This document shows, one piece after another, positions 10,416-21,340 of a stretch of 64,000 nucleotides of DNA (its first letter is position 1; each line of letters starts with the position of its first letter). The position numbers and the translations under genes are program-made. The notes beneath the pieces are model-generated. The model did no database searches and was not told where the DNA came from. It saw only the letters and a list, made by a program, of their open reading frames with translations. Source of the DNA: Clostridia bacterium (lineage in GTDB: Bacteria > Bacillota > Clostridia > UBA1212 > DUPL01); NCBI GenBank assembly GCA_050951325.1, contig JBMNIW010000012.1, forward strand, positions 32,001 to 96,000, in the 5' to 3' direction.

Positions 10416-11580
10416 TATGCATGAAATTAGCCTTTGAATATCTTGGAAGGTCTTCTTCCACCACCATGGAGTAGAAGATGTACAAAATCTTCTCTCCATT
10501 TACTTCTTCTACAAAGGTTTGTGGAAGATGGGTTCCATACATCTTGTCTTCAGGGAGTATCCTCCCTATAACCTTCCACTCATAACCATTGGTTGAATAC
10601 GCCATAACAATCTGTCTGTCGTTCTGAGGTCCCAAAGCAGTACCAAAACCGGTACAGTCTGAAAAAGAATAGTACCTGTTATTAATCTTTACAATTTCGG
10701 GATTTGGCCAGTCTCTAAGCTGTGGATTCTCATCCGCATGCAGCACCTGCCAATGCGTCGGGTCCATAAACTCTCCATTATTGACAGCATACCCCATGGA
10801 AACAAAGGTCCCTGGCAGAAAGTAGTCAAACCAGATCTTCCACTTGTCCTCTTCCTCGTCCCATATAAGCGAGGGTCTGTGGTATCCTCCCATGCTGGGC
10901 GGATGAGGCTCTCTTGCATCCCAGCCTTCTTCATATTCCTTGTCCCATATAAGTATTGGGCCTTCAGTTTTTGTCCAGTTGATACCATCTTTTGATATGG
11001 CTCCCATTACACAGTTTACAATATAAGTAATACCATCCCTGTTATCAAATCCTACTGAGGAAAAAACCATGTAGTAGTTGCCATCCTTGTATACAACGGA
11101 AGGGTCTCCGTTGTGTATCGAATCGTAGGGTTTGCTATCCCTTGTCATAACAGGCTCCCACTTTGGAACATCCATCGTATCGTCCCAATTACCATTACCA
11201 CAATACACTTCCCATTCAGCAAGGCTCCTGCCACGGGCAAGATAGATGGAGTCGTAACCAAGATACTTGCTTTCCTTGTGGCTTTCTCCAAAGAAGAACA
11301 TCCTGTATGGGTACTCCTTGTCATTTACCTTTACAACCTCAAAGTTGTAAAGGTTATAAAAGCCGTAGAGGATGGGACTGTCATTGACAGTAAAATGTTC
11401 TGTCAGCTTTCTGTTTCTAAATCTGGGACTGTCTTCAGTGTAATTAATCTCAGGAATCTCCTCTTTTTTACTCTCTCTTTTCGGTGTTTTGTCAATATCA
11501 TTAATTTTCCCGTTATCGCACCCGGTTATAAATGCCACAAGAACAATTAATTTTACAAGAAAAAGTAAAGTCTTACGCAT
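10375..11580 (-). CDS. Lipoprotein, five-bladed beta-propeller glycoside hydrolase (GH43-like clan)
   Basis: Lipobox ITGC; GDPSVV, SKDGINW, HRPSLIW, STNGYEW repeats. Confidence 0.7.
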   Translation of the reverse strand: MRKTLLFLVKLIVLVAFITGCDNGKINDIDKTPKRESKKEEIPEINYTEDSPRFRNRKLTEHFTVNDSPILYGFYNLYNFEVVKVNDKEYPYRMFFFGESHKESKYLGYDSIYLARGRSLAEWEVYCGNGNWDDTMDVPKWEPVMTRDSKPYDSIHNGDPSVVYKDGNYYMVFSSVGFDNRDGITYIVNCVMGAISKDGINWTKTEGPILIWDKEYEEGWDAREPHPPSMGGYHRPSLIWDEEEDKWKIWFDYFLPGTFVSMGYAVNNGEFMDPTHWQVLHADENPQLRDWPNPEIVKINNRYYSFSDCTGFGTALGPQNDRQIVMAYSTNGYEWKVIGRILPEDKMYGTHLPQTFVEEVNGEKILYIFYSMVVEEDLPRYSKANFMHIKVEDLERLADSY

Positions 11581-11583
11581 GAA

Positions 11584-12178
11584 TTACCCCTTTCTCCTCT
11601 TTATAACTACAAAAACAACAGCCAAAGTCACCAGTACCACACCTACTCCAATCACTATATAAATTATGCTATTATTTCCTTTCCTTTCATCCTTTTCTTC
11701 CTCTTTTTGGCTTGGTTCAGGACTTTGTGTTTCTGCTGGTTTTTCAGTCTCAACAGGTTCCGTTTCCTCCGGTTCATCAATCTCCTCATACTTTGCACTC
11801 AGCACCCTTACATTTCCCTCATGTACAAACACGCCCAAATATCCAATAACAGACTCCGGATCATCAATAACAAAAAAATCAATGTCGTTCAGATACAAAA
11901 TTGCCATTTCTTTACACCTAGTAGTATTCCAGCACCGTATCCACTTTCCTTTTCAAACTCTACACTATAGAAAAAACTTTTGCTTCCATCAACGGCAGTA
12001 TCACTGACACAAAAGTCATATACAGTCTGCTCACTTCCATCCTTCAGACCTTTGTCGGTTATCTCCCATGTAGATTCAACACCCTTCAAATTCTCCATAT
12101 TTGTTTCAAAGCCTTGTCCCATTACAGAAACTAACGGCAAGCATTCAATAAGTATGACAAACAAATTCTTTTCAGCAT
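11584..12178 (-). pseudogene. Surface-anchored protein, frameshifted and internally deleted paralog of 17756-18598
   Basis: Two ORF pieces share FETN, KSF-x-x-x-VEF, GVK, G(Y/H)LG and a Pro/Glu linker plus TM with 17756-18598; the middle is missing. Confidence 0.6.
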
Positions 12179-12465
12179 TATAGCACCTCCAAACATGTTG
12201 GATATATTATACAGCACTTGAAAGAGTTACACCATAGGGACAAATCATCTGTACAACAATCAATCACGGTTTAAAGTGTCGTTTGATAAAGTCATTGCAA
12301 AAAAGAAGAAATAGAGTAAGATATAGAAAACTCGCAACTTTCGTTGCCAGAAAGCAATAAGAGGTATTTTTTCTTCTGTGAAGGGGTGTTATATGACTCT
12401 TTTACGGGTACAGTATAGAGTATGCTGTATGTAAAAAATATGTGCACTACAATTGGGAGGTTTTT

Positions 12466-13620
12466 ATGAAAAAAATAATATACACAACATTTATATTGCT
12501 ACTTGCCTTACTCATACCTACAGCATGTGTAAGCGACAAAAAGATAGAACATAAGGAGCCGGAGATGAAACTTGAAGATATTGTTGATTTTATTCTTGAA
12601 ATAGAAGAGGATAGAGAAATTAGGATACTGCAGCTTACCGACACACAAATAATCGATGCAGGGCAATGCAGGACTGAAGACAGATTGAACTCCACTGCAA
12701 AACAAAGGTGGGCAACCAATACAATCGAATCTAACTGCTTCAACTATATAAGGGACACCATTGAAATGACAAACCCTGATTTGATTCTAATTACCGGCGA
12801 TATCATATACGGTGAATTTGACGATACTGGGGAATCGCTTTTGAAGTTATCAAGATTCATGGACTCTTTTAAAATACCCTGGGCTCCCATCTTTGGCAAC
12901 CATGAGAATGAAAGTACCAAGGGTGTTGACTGGCAGTGCGAAGTACTCGAAAATGCTGAATACTCCTTTTTCAAAAGAGGAAATGTAACAGGCAACAGCA
13001 ACTACACAATAGGCATTGTACAGAACGATGACCTTAAGAGAATCATATATATGATGGATTCAAACGGATGCAGCAATACAAACGACCCCAGCGTTAAAAA
13101 GACGGTTGGTTTTGCAGAAGATCAGCTTGCATGGTTTGAGGAAACAGCAGAAAAGGCAGAACAGTTTGCAGGCGACAAGGTGAAAAGCTTTGTAGGTTAC
13201 CACATACCAACCATAGAGTTTGGGCAGGCTGCGGTTGCTGCAGGTTATCAGGAGAGTCCCACCCAGACCAAGTCCTATGTCATAGGAAAGCATGTGGAAG
13301 CAAAGAATGGCGACTTTGGCAAGAAGAGCGAGCCCTTTGCAGGAATGCATGAAGTACCCGGCCTTCTTGACATGTTCAAGGAACACGGTGTGGATGGCGT
13401 GTTTGTGGGCCACTGCCACCAAATCAGCACAAGCGTGCTTTATGAAGGTATCAGGTGGACATTTGGGCTTAAAACAGGCACCTATGACAGCCATGACACC
13501 AAATACGTTGGCGGCACATACATTGAGGTCAAAACGGACAACTCCTTTACAGTTGAGCACAAGCATGTGGATATCTACACGATAGAACCCGACACATACC
13601 AGCACATATATATGGACTAA
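12466..13620 (+). CDS. Lipoprotein metallophosphoesterase (Dcr2-like)
   Basis: Lipobox PTAC; LTDTQ, TGD, GNHE, HIP, GHCH. Confidence 0.9.
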   Translation: MKKIIYTTFILLLALLIPTACVSDKKIEHKEPEMKLEDIVDFILEIEEDREIRILQLTDTQIIDAGQCRTEDRLNSTAKQRWATNTIESNCFNYIRDTIEMTNPDLILITGDIIYGEFDDTGESLLKLSRFMDSFKIPWAPIFGNHENESTKGVDWQCEVLENAEYSFFKRGNVTGNSNYTIGIVQNDDLKRIIYMMDSNGCSNTNDPSVKKTVGFAEDQLAWFEETAEKAEQFAGDKVKSFVGYHIPTIEFGQAAVAAGYQESPTQTKSYVIGKHVEAKNGDFGKKSEPFAGMHEVPGLLDMFKEHGVDGVFVGHCHQISTSVLYEGIRWTFGLKTGTYDSHDTKYVGGTYIEVKTDNSFTVEHKHVDIYTIEPDTYQHIYMD

Positions 13621-13699
13621 AAATTAATAAATCGACATATTTTGTACCTCGAATATGGTATAATATACAAAAAGCAAATAGAAATGGAGGTACATAGTC

Positions 13700-14383
13700 A
13701 TGAAAAGAGTAATAGCCATACTGCTGGTCATGGTTTTGGCTCTCGGTGTTTTTGCAGCATGTAAAAAGGAAGGAGAAGACTCTCCTACTCCAACACCAGA
13801 GCCTACAGATACACCTGTTCCGACTGCGACACCAACACCTACACCAGAACCCACGCCGGAACCTACTGCAGAGCCGGGTTCAAATGTAGCACTCAATAAA
13901 CCCTTTGAGGTATCTTCAGAGACGGATTCCACATATGTACAATGGGGATGGGCTGCTGAATTTATTAACGACGGACTTGTTGAAGCAGATCACAGCATCC
14001 CTCATGTAGGTTGGACATCACAGGTCAAGCAGTACATTGCCCTTGAGGATTTTGAGGAAGAGTGGATATGGTTCGACCTTAAGGCAGTATACAAGATTGA
14101 CAAAGTGGTACTCTGGCCAAGACAGGACCAAGTGGAAAACTTCCCGATGGACTACCACATTGAAGTATCCACCGATGACAAGAACTTTACCAAAGTTGCT
14201 GAAGTGACGGGAGATACAAGGTCCAAAGACGGGAGCATGGATCCTGCCACTATTACCTTTGACCCTGTGGATGCAAGGTACGTGAGGATTGTAATTACAA
14301 AACCCAGCGACCTGCCATCAGGAAATGACGGATATCTTGTACAGTTTGCAGAAATTGAAATCTATTCCTACAAGGAGGAATAA
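13700..14383 (+). CDS. Lipoprotein with PT linker and F5/8 type C (discoidin/CBM32-like) domain
   Basis: FAAC lipobox; NVALNKP...INDG...WFDL...ARYVRI...FAEIEIY. Confidence 0.88.
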   Translation: MKRVIAILLVMVLALGVFAACKKEGEDSPTPTPEPTDTPVPTATPTPTPEPTPEPTAEPGSNVALNKPFEVSSETDSTYVQWGWAAEFINDGLVEADHSIPHVGWTSQVKQYIALEDFEEEWIWFDLKAVYKIDKVVLWPRQDQVENFPMDYHIEVSTDDKNFTKVAEVTGDTRSKDGSMDPATITFDPVDARYVRIVITKPSDLPSGNDGYLVQFAEIEIYSYKEE

Positions 14384-14392
14384 TGCAAGTTA

Positions 14393-14427
14393 AACAAGCC
14401 ATTTCATAACCGAAGTGGCTTGTTTTA
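14393..14427 (+). terminator. Rho-independent terminator
   Basis: AACAAGCCATTTC...GAAGTGGCTTGTTTT. Confidence 0.65.
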
Positions 14428-14464
14428 TAATTTTAATTTTAATTACAACAGGGAGGTAATGGAC

Positions 14465-15139
14465 ATGAAAAGAGCAATATCCATTTTACTGGTTATGGTT
14501 ATGGTTCTTGGTGTTTTTACAGCGTGTAAAAAGGAAGGAGAAGACTCTCCTACACCAAAGCCTACAAACACCCCAGCTTCGACAGCTGAACCTACTCCCA
14601 CAGAGGAACCTACACCCTCGCCATCACCTGCCCCAGGCACAAATGTGGCACTTAACAAGCCCTTTGAGGTTTCTTCAGAAACCGATGCTACATTTGTTCA
14701 ATGGGGATGGTATTCAGAATACATAAACGATGGTGTAATCGAACACGATCCAAGCGCTCATGCCGGCTGGACATCACAGATCAAGCAGTACATGTCACTG
14801 GAGGATTTCGGAGAAGAATGGGTATGGATTGACCTGCAGGGAGTAATATCCATCGACAAGGTTATGCTATATCCAAGGCAGGATAACGGCGGCTGCTTCC
14901 CAATGGACTACTACATTGAAGTGTCCACGGATAATGAAAATTTTGAAAAGGTTGCAGAAGTCACAGGAGACGACAGATCAAGAGAAGGAATCAAAGAACC
15001 GGCTATATTGACTTTCGAACCGGTAGATGCAAGGTATGTAAGACTTGTGGTCACAAAGCCCTTTGAAGTACCTGCAGGCAATGACGGATACCTTGTACAA
15101 CTGGCAGAGTTTGAAATCTACGCAGCTCCCAGCAGTTAA
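14465..15139 (+). CDS. Lipoprotein with F5/8 type C domain, tandem paralog
   Basis: Closely similar to 13700-14383; GGAGG RBS before ATG 14465. Confidence 0.88.
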   Translation: MKRAISILLVMVMVLGVFTACKKEGEDSPTPKPTNTPASTAEPTPTEEPTPSPSPAPGTNVALNKPFEVSSETDATFVQWGWYSEYINDGVIEHDPSAHAGWTSQIKQYMSLEDFGEEWVWIDLQGVISIDKVMLYPRQDNGGCFPMDYYIEVSTDNENFEKVAEVTGDDRSREGIKEPAILTFEPVDARYVRLVVTKPFEVPAGNDGYLVQLAEFEIYAAPSS

Positions 15140-15147
15140 AAAAGTAA

Positions 15148-15178
15148 CGCCACTTCGGAAACGAAGTGGTCTTTTTTT
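15148..15178 (+). terminator. Rho-independent terminator
   Basis: CCACTTCG-gaaa-CGAAGTGG followed by T-run. Confidence 0.7.
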
Positions 15179-15248
15179 ATGTTTTACTTCTTTAAACCTA
15201 AATTGGATGATATAATAAGGGGGATAAAAAACACAAAGGAGAAAACAG

Positions 15249-16460
15249 ATGAATAAAATTGTCATATTCTCTCTATTAATAATGCTGTTTGTGACAGGCT
15301 GCCAGGCAGGCAACAAAAATGCAAAAGGCTACATTAGAGAAGATATTGATTCCTACGGCAAAGTGGCCTGGAAGGATGAGATTGAGTACAAGGTTGAAAA
15401 GCAAGGCAAAATATACTCTGTTGTTGATTTCAACACTGTCCACGAAGCAATTGACAAGACAATTGAGGAAGGTGGCGGCACCGTATACTTCCCTCCCGGC
15501 AGTTACTCAATCGACAAGCCAATCGAGCTTGATTTGCCCGAAGGCGTCAAAATAACCTTGTTGGGAGAAACCAATGGCCACTGCATATTAAAAGGAGAAA
15601 AGGATATCGAAGGCCCTGTCGTCTCAATTCTATCAGAAGGAGTAAGCCTTGGTAATCTTGTATTTCAGTCCTACGCTCAAGAGCAACCTGCAGTGCTTGT
15701 AAAAGGTGACGGGACCAGGATATACAAGTGTTTCTTCCAAGGGATGAACGTAAGGAATTTGGAAAGCACTGCAATCGTTGCAGCAAGCAATGTAAGTGTA
15801 ACTTCCTGTACTTTCTCAAATGTCAACAAGGAAGCCTACACTCTTGAAATTACCAAATTTCCTGACAAGGAAGCAAAAAATATATACATAATTGATTTCT
15901 TTTTGAACGGAGAATTCAATGGCTTTGTAATAAACTCCGATGACGAAAATGGTTGTCCTGAAAACGTACTAATTCAAAGAGGCGTTTTCCTTAACTACAA
16001 CACAGAGCAACTGACGATAAAGTCTGTCAAGAATCTTGTTGTGGACAACAACATGCTTGACCAAAGCGCCCTGTACTGTATTACCATGAACCCTGTATAC
16101 AAAGGTATTGACAATGTTACAATAAAGGAAAACTACATTGCCGCATCCTACAGGTTTGGCGAGCTTGCAGACACAACAGCAATTCTTGTGGACGGCACAA
16201 AGGATTCCAAGATAACCAATGTAGTTATAACCAACAACATGATTGCATACTCTGTAAACGGTATGATAGTAAACGGCAATAACTTTGCAGACAGCAAAGT
16301 TATAGACAATGTATTTCAGTCCACACTAAGCTATGGTTTGAAGATAGAGGAAGCAATCAATTTATCCATTCAAAGAAACTCTTTCAAACCCGATGCTTCA
16401 AGCATTGGTCTCCAGATCGACAAACAGAATGACAAAACAATTGTTAAGGACAACTTTTAG
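15249..16460 (+). CDS. Lipoprotein, right-handed parallel beta-helix (pectate-lyase-3-like)
   Basis: VTGC lipobox; GGGTVYFPPGSY; Asn-ladder repeats. Confidence 0.8.
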   Translation: MNKIVIFSLLIMLFVTGCQAGNKNAKGYIREDIDSYGKVAWKDEIEYKVEKQGKIYSVVDFNTVHEAIDKTIEEGGGTVYFPPGSYSIDKPIELDLPEGVKITLLGETNGHCILKGEKDIEGPVVSILSEGVSLGNLVFQSYAQEQPAVLVKGDGTRIYKCFFQGMNVRNLESTAIVAASNVSVTSCTFSNVNKEAYTLEITKFPDKEAKNIYIIDFFLNGEFNGFVINSDDENGCPENVLIQRGVFLNYNTEQLTIKSVKNLVVDNNMLDQSALYCITMNPVYKGIDNVTIKENYIAASYRFGELADTTAILVDGTKDSKITNVVITNNMIAYSVNGMIVNGNNFADSKVIDNVFQSTLSYGLKIEEAINLSIQRNSFKPDASSIGLQIDKQNDKTIVKDNF

Positions 16461-16473
16461 GAGGTGTGGACAT

Positions 16474-17739
16474 ATGAAAAGAACAGCTTTAATAATTACT
16501 ATGTTTCTTCTTTTGAACACGTCATTTGCCTTTGCCCATCCAATAGATGAGAGCAATCACATATACATAAATGTAAAAGACTTTGGAGCAGTAGGAGACG
16601 GCAGTACGGACGATACGGAAGCTGTAAAGAATGCTGCGAAGAAAGCATATGCTGAGAGCAAGGTATTGTATTTCCCTACCGGTACATATGTGATATCGGA
16701 TGCTATTAAGTTTGGTTTTGACAATTCAAAAACACTAACACTGCAAGGCGGAAATGATGCAGTCATTACCACACCCGAAGATTATGAAGGCGACATTTTT
16801 GTTTCAAACATGGAGTTTAATTTCTATGTAAAGGATCTTAAATTCATCCACAAAGGAACAAAGGGACAGATATTAAATACCCACTACCTGAATGCATACA
16901 ACTGCATTTTTGAAGGAAACAGTACAAACAGAAGCACTCTTGTAAGCTTTGCCGGTTCCAACTGCAAGGTACAAGACAGCACCTTCATAACTAAAAATGA
17001 AAACTCATATGCTCTTGAGTATGTAAGAAGGCCTGACAAAATTTCCATAAACGACTATATCATCGACAACACCTTTACAGGTGTTGGAAACGGTCTAAGG
17101 ATAGCTGCTTCCTCAATGGACGGAAGACCTGAAGGACTGAAAGTAAATGGCTGTACCTTTGAGAATTCAGGAAAGCTGCAGATTCTTGTGGAATGCATCC
17201 TTCACCTGGACATATCCGACAATACATTTAAAAACTCCACAGGCACAGCCATAAAGGTCATGCCAAGAGATTTGGGAGTGCACGGCCTCTTCATTACAGG
17301 AAACAGCATTCAGTCTCGAGAGTACTGTATTGAAGCCCAAGACAATGGCCTTGCCACAATCCACATAGCTGACAATTACATATATGACTCCAAAATGGGT
17401 GTATACATGAATAAAAGCTATTCCGATGTTCATGTACACAACAACTACTTTAAAAACATTACCGATACCCCAATAAAACTCCTAAGCGCATATGAAATAT
17501 ATGTTGCAAAAAACGTTATTGAAGACTCCAACAAATCCTTGCATATAACGGGCGCGAAAGGAAGCTTCGTTATTGAAAACAATGCATATGCCAAAAAAGC
17601 TACTATAGACATAGAAAATTTTACATACAAGGAACCTGCAAAACAAGTCAACATATATGTGGTCTTGTCAATCGTCTTCTCTATAGCGATTATTGCTCTG
17701 ATTGTGGTATTGGTATTTCTTTTGAAAAAGAAAGCATGA
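16474..17739 (+). CDS. Secreted beta-helix protein (Pectate_lyase_3/GH28-like N-terminus) with C-terminal TM
   Basis: INVKDFGAVGDGSTDDTEA...LYFPTGTY; RBS GGAGG; TM plus KKK tail. Confidence 0.85.
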   Translation: MKRTALIITMFLLLNTSFAFAHPIDESNHIYINVKDFGAVGDGSTDDTEAVKNAAKKAYAESKVLYFPTGTYVISDAIKFGFDNSKTLTLQGGNDAVITTPEDYEGDIFVSNMEFNFYVKDLKFIHKGTKGQILNTHYLNAYNCIFEGNSTNRSTLVSFAGSNCKVQDSTFITKNENSYALEYVRRPDKISINDYIIDNTFTGVGNGLRIAASSMDGRPEGLKVNGCTFENSGKLQILVECILHLDISDNTFKNSTGTAIKVMPRDLGVHGLFITGNSIQSREYCIEAQDNGLATIHIADNYIYDSKMGVYMNKSYSDVHVHNNYFKNITDTPIKLLSAYEIYVAKNVIEDSNKSLHITGAKGSFVIENNAYAKKATIDIENFTYKEPAKQVNIYVVLSIVFSIAIIALIVVLVFLLKKKA

Positions 17740-17755
17740 GAAAGGAGTATATTCC

Positions 17756-18598
17756 ATGTTAAGAAAACTTGTATCGTTTTTAGTTGTATTTTTAATACTT
17801 TTTGCATTTACCGCCTCTTCTGAAGAGGACCCTAATGCAAATGTATTTGAGACAAACATTGAGGAATGGACCTTTGCAGGAGAAGGTATCTTCGGAAAAA
17901 AGACAAACTATTACGATAAAAGCGGCTTATTCATGTCAGACAGGACAGTGCAGTATGTATATGCCCTGTCTAAAATGCAATTAAGCAGTGATAAATCCTT
18001 CACCTTTGAAGTGGAGTTTGATGTACCCAGCTACGATGCGACAGGAGCGGAAATGGGCTGGTGCTGGCAGAACATTTTTATCGGTGTCAAGGATCCTGAC
18101 GAACCCGGATCGGATGAGTTTGTGTCTTTAAGGTTTCAACACTATCCAGAAGGAAATGAAAACATTCAGTTTACCTCCACCGTTTCCAGCTTCAGCGACA
18201 CAGTTCCTCTGCCTGAAGAGAAGGTTGGAGACATGACCCACACGGTGCTTTTCTACTACAGCATTGTAGATGAAAGTCTTACGGTAACAGTAGACGGGGA
18301 AGAACTTTTCAGGATAGAAGATGCAAGCGAAGACATTGAAGGACACCTGGGTTTTGGTGCCACCTGGTGTGCAATGAGGATTTTAAAAGCAGTGTACACG
18401 GAGTTGGATGAAACCCCTGCTCCTGATACACCAACACCTGAGCAAAAGGACACGCCAACACCTGCAAAAACACCTAGTCCAACTCCCAAAGCAGAGAAAG
18501 AGGTTGATTTAGGAAAAACCCTTGCCTTTTCTTTAGGCGCTGTCATGGTGGTGCTGCTTGTTATTGTGGTGATTGTTGCGATAAAGAAAAAGAGATGA
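17756..18598 (+). CDS. Surface-anchored hypothetical protein (beta-rich domain, PT linker, C-terminal TM)
   Basis: Signal peptide, TP-rich linker, TM, KKKR. Confidence 0.8.
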   Translation: MLRKLVSFLVVFLILFAFTASSEEDPNANVFETNIEEWTFAGEGIFGKKTNYYDKSGLFMSDRTVQYVYALSKMQLSSDKSFTFEVEFDVPSYDATGAEMGWCWQNIFIGVKDPDEPGSDEFVSLRFQHYPEGNENIQFTSTVSSFSDTVPLPEEKVGDMTHTVLFYYSIVDESLTVTVDGEELFRIEDASEDIEGHLGFGATWCAMRILKAVYTELDETPAPDTPTPEQKDTPTPAKTPSPTPKAEKEVDLGKTLAFSLGAVMVVLLVIVVIVAIKKKR

Positions 18599-18628
18599 AT
18601 AAAGAGGCTTCAAGCCTCTTTTATTCAT
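18595..18628. terminator. Bidirectional terminator
   Basis: ATGAATAAAAGAGGCTT-c-AAGCCTCTTTTATTCAT long stem between convergent genes. Confidence 0.8.
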
Positions 18629-18659
18629 CCTCAAGCTTTCCAAACAAATTATATATCCT

Positions 18660-19075
18660 TTATCCACACGTCTCTGCTTCCTCACCGAAATAGAAGTAGC
18701 CGTAGTGTTCTGTATGTATAGGCACAATGGTCGATACATCCGTGTCAAATACTTTTGTATCTGCTCCGTTATATACATACAAATCATTCTGGTCTAGATA
18801 AAATACAGTCTTGGGATTGTAATTTTCCGTCTGCTGCAACACCGAATCCATAGATATCTTTTCCCTGTTCTGCAGCTTTGGCACCTTCCGAAACATCGCA
18901 AAGATACAAATTCCCGTTGGACTTCAATAGATAGACCTTGCTTCCGAAAAAAGCAGCTCCTATGTAAGGGAATGTTGAACGGCCCAGATTAAATATCTCA
19001 TCACCAGATATCATGCTTGAGTACCACCATCGGGTTTACCACATCACAAGCAATTACTTCTTCCACTTGACACTC
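18660..19075 (-). pseudogene. Degraded fragment of zinc-ribbon/propeller paralog
   Basis: Pieces such as YNPKTVFYLDQNDLYVYNGADTKVFDTDVSTIVPIHTEHYGYF match the C-terminus of 19077-20672. Confidence 0.65.
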
Positions 19076-19076
19076 C

Positions 19077-20672
19077 CTATTCCTCTTCAAATAAATTATA
19101 GATATTGAGCCCATAATTGGCACTATATCCGAAATCATAGTATCCGTAAGTTTCTCCTCTTAAGGGAATTATGGAAGTCACGTCCTCCTCGAAAACCCTT
19201 ATATCCTTTCCATCAAAGAAAAACAAAGCCATGGTTGTGGTGTTCGGAATACTTCTTGTATGGAAAACTATTGTTGGACTGTAGTAAAAGAAAGACCTGT
19301 AATATGGTGCTATCTGCTTTGTAGAGCCCGACTCATCCCTTAAGTACATCGCACCTTCATTTTCTATAGTCTGGTATATGATGTTTCCTTGAAAGTCGGC
19401 ATAAACTTTGTCCTTGTAGGCAGATCTGGAAATTATCTCTCCATTAACGTAAAGTTCACCGTGTTTTTGGTATGCAGTCCTTATGTATACAAGCTCTCCT
19501 TTTACTGTAATTCCAAAGTTGCTTACACCATCCTCAACCTTCTCCCACTTGTGCGTCTCAGTGTCATACAGAAACAAATTACCTCCTGTAATCAAAACAA
19601 CAACCGACCTGCCATAGGAGAGAGCCTTGACAGGAGTGCCGTATATTTCTTCATTGGTATTCACAATCCCATCAACAACTACATAAGTCTTACCACTTGA
19701 AGTCAACACAACTATTGGCTCTATTACATCCGCATAGAGAACCTGACCTTCATTCATGCTCACTTCTTTTACTTTCTCCAGGTTATAGTAGCAGAGTTTG
19801 TTCTCCTTGCTCCAAAAGTATGCTCTTCCATCCTCAAGGCAGCTTACAAGATCCTTTGCGCCATCATATATTTCTTTTACTTCGCCATGTTTATACAAGT
19901 ATACCTTTTCATCTTTCATGTATAACACATGATTTAAATTAAAGTCAGCAAGAATTGGCGTTGCAGCTTTTCTAGATAGTTTAGAAGAAAACTCCAATTT
20001 GTCATTCTTGTATAGGTATACCTGAGTGTCGGTCAGGCATATCAGCTTTTTGCCATCAGGAGATATTCTAAAATCCTGAACACCTTCTGCCACAAGTTTT
20101 GAAGATTTCAAATCACTTTTGTATAAATACCCTTTGCTGGTGTTGCCCTTTATGTAATAGACTATATTTCCTGATTGGTTTATCATGAAGTTCCTGACAC
20201 TTTTGTCCACTACCCCAGTTTTCCATCCAAAAGACAATTCTACGTAATTTAAGGAATTATCAGTATCATCCAGATAAAAGAATCTCTTGCCATCCTGACT
20301 GATTCTTGTACCATGATTAGATATTTGTGCATCCAGTTTCGTAGTTTTTCCTTTGCCAAAGTTCGTCATGTATATGCCATCTTCTTTTCTGTACAAAAGA
20401 AGATTTGGATATTCTCCAGACATGTCTTTGAAAATGAAAGCTATTGCAAAGATAGCGAATACAAAAATCACAACTGAAAGCACTGCAACAAGTTTTAATT
20501 TGGACTCACTTTTCATGTTTTTTGATATAGAAATACTTTCACAACCTTTACACACCTGCATGTCCTTTTCAATATATGAACCGCAATACACGCACTCTGA
20601 ATACTCCTTGCCACAATTAGGGCAGATATTCACACTTCCATCCATATCAAACCCGCATGCCGTACATTTCAT
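19077..20672 (-). CDS. Double zinc-ribbon + TM + extracellular beta-propeller-like protein
   Basis: MKCTACG...CPNCG...CVYCG...CKGC, TM, then ISQDGKRFFY/ISPDGK blades; start reassigned to 20672. Confidence 0.8.
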   Translation of the reverse strand: MKCTACGFDMDGSVNICPNCGKEYSECVYCGSYIEKDMQVCKGCESISISKNMKSESKLKLVAVLSVVIFVFAIFAIAFIFKDMSGEYPNLLLYRKEDGIYMTNFGKGKTTKLDAQISNHGTRISQDGKRFFYLDDTDNSLNYVELSFGWKTGVVDKSVRNFMINQSGNIVYYIKGNTSKGYLYKSDLKSSKLVAEGVQDFRISPDGKKLICLTDTQVYLYKNDKLEFSSKLSRKAATPILADFNLNHVLYMKDEKVYLYKHGEVKEIYDGAKDLVSCLEDGRAYFWSKENKLCYYNLEKVKEVSMNEGQVLYADVIEPIVVLTSSGKTYVVVDGIVNTNEEIYGTPVKALSYGRSVVVLITGGNLFLYDTETHKWEKVEDGVSNFGITVKGELVYIRTAYQKHGELYVNGEIISRSAYKDKVYADFQGNIIYQTIENEGAMYLRDESGSTKQIAPYYRSFFYYSPTIVFHTRSIPNTTTMALFFFDGKDIRVFEEDVTSIIPLRGETYGYYDFGYSANYGLNIYNLFEEE

Positions 20673-20757
20673 TCTGCTACCAACCTCTCCTTTATTCTTT
20701 ATTAATCCCAAATCTCCGTTTGTTTTTGTAAATAATACCATTATTCTATAATTTTTA

Positions 20758-21335
20758 CTACATAAAAAATTCAAAAAGCGAATACAAGGTATCATGATCA
20801 AAGATATCGTCCGATTGGTAATGCTCATAGCTGGCTGTAAGCTTGCTTTTGTTCTTTCCGTCAAAGAAGCACAAATCCTTGCTGCTGTTTCTGTAAACAA
20901 TGGCCTTGTCGTGGAAGTATGCATAATCCATGACCGTTTCTCCCACCAAAAGCGGTTTGTCTTCTTTGAAGATGTATAAATCATGATATACCCCGTCAGA
21001 ATCAGCAAGCATTGATTTCTTGGTGTAGATTAAGTTGCCTTTTGCATCGACTTTAATGCTGTCTATCCTTACATTGTCATACATCACAAGGTCTCCTAAT
21101 CCTCCTATATCGTTTGCACGATAGATAATTTATGTACCTGCACTGTTTATGACATAATCTGATGAATCAAGACCTGTTAGCTTTTGTACCTTGTCCTTTA
21201 CTGCCATATGCAAGCCATGGCTGTTATCTTCGAAGACAAGAATTGTTTGTCTCTTTCAGTCCGATACATATAAAAGAAGTCTACAACCTTAATCCAGTTC
21301 ATGACCACAATTAGTGCAAATCAATTATCTCACTC
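20758..21335 (-). pseudogene. Degraded propeller paralog of 21341-22915
   Basis: IDSIKVDAKGNLIYTK...LYIFK...AIVYR matches IQSIRADKEGNIIYQK; upstream part frameshifted. Confidence 0.65.
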
Positions 21336-21340
21336 ACTTA

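Noticed and set aside
12300-12440. Possible riboswitch upstream of the phosphoesterase
   Set aside because: Small hairpins only; no match to c-di-GMP or other aptamer consensus that I recognise.
13785-13875. Short tandem-like repeats in PT linkers (also about 18410-18490 and 60420-60510)
   Set aside because: Ordinary Pro/Thr linker coding sequence.
20673-21008. N-terminal extension of the 643-aa ORF
   Set aside because: It overlaps a degraded paralog in another frame; paralog starts and the RBS support ATG 20672.
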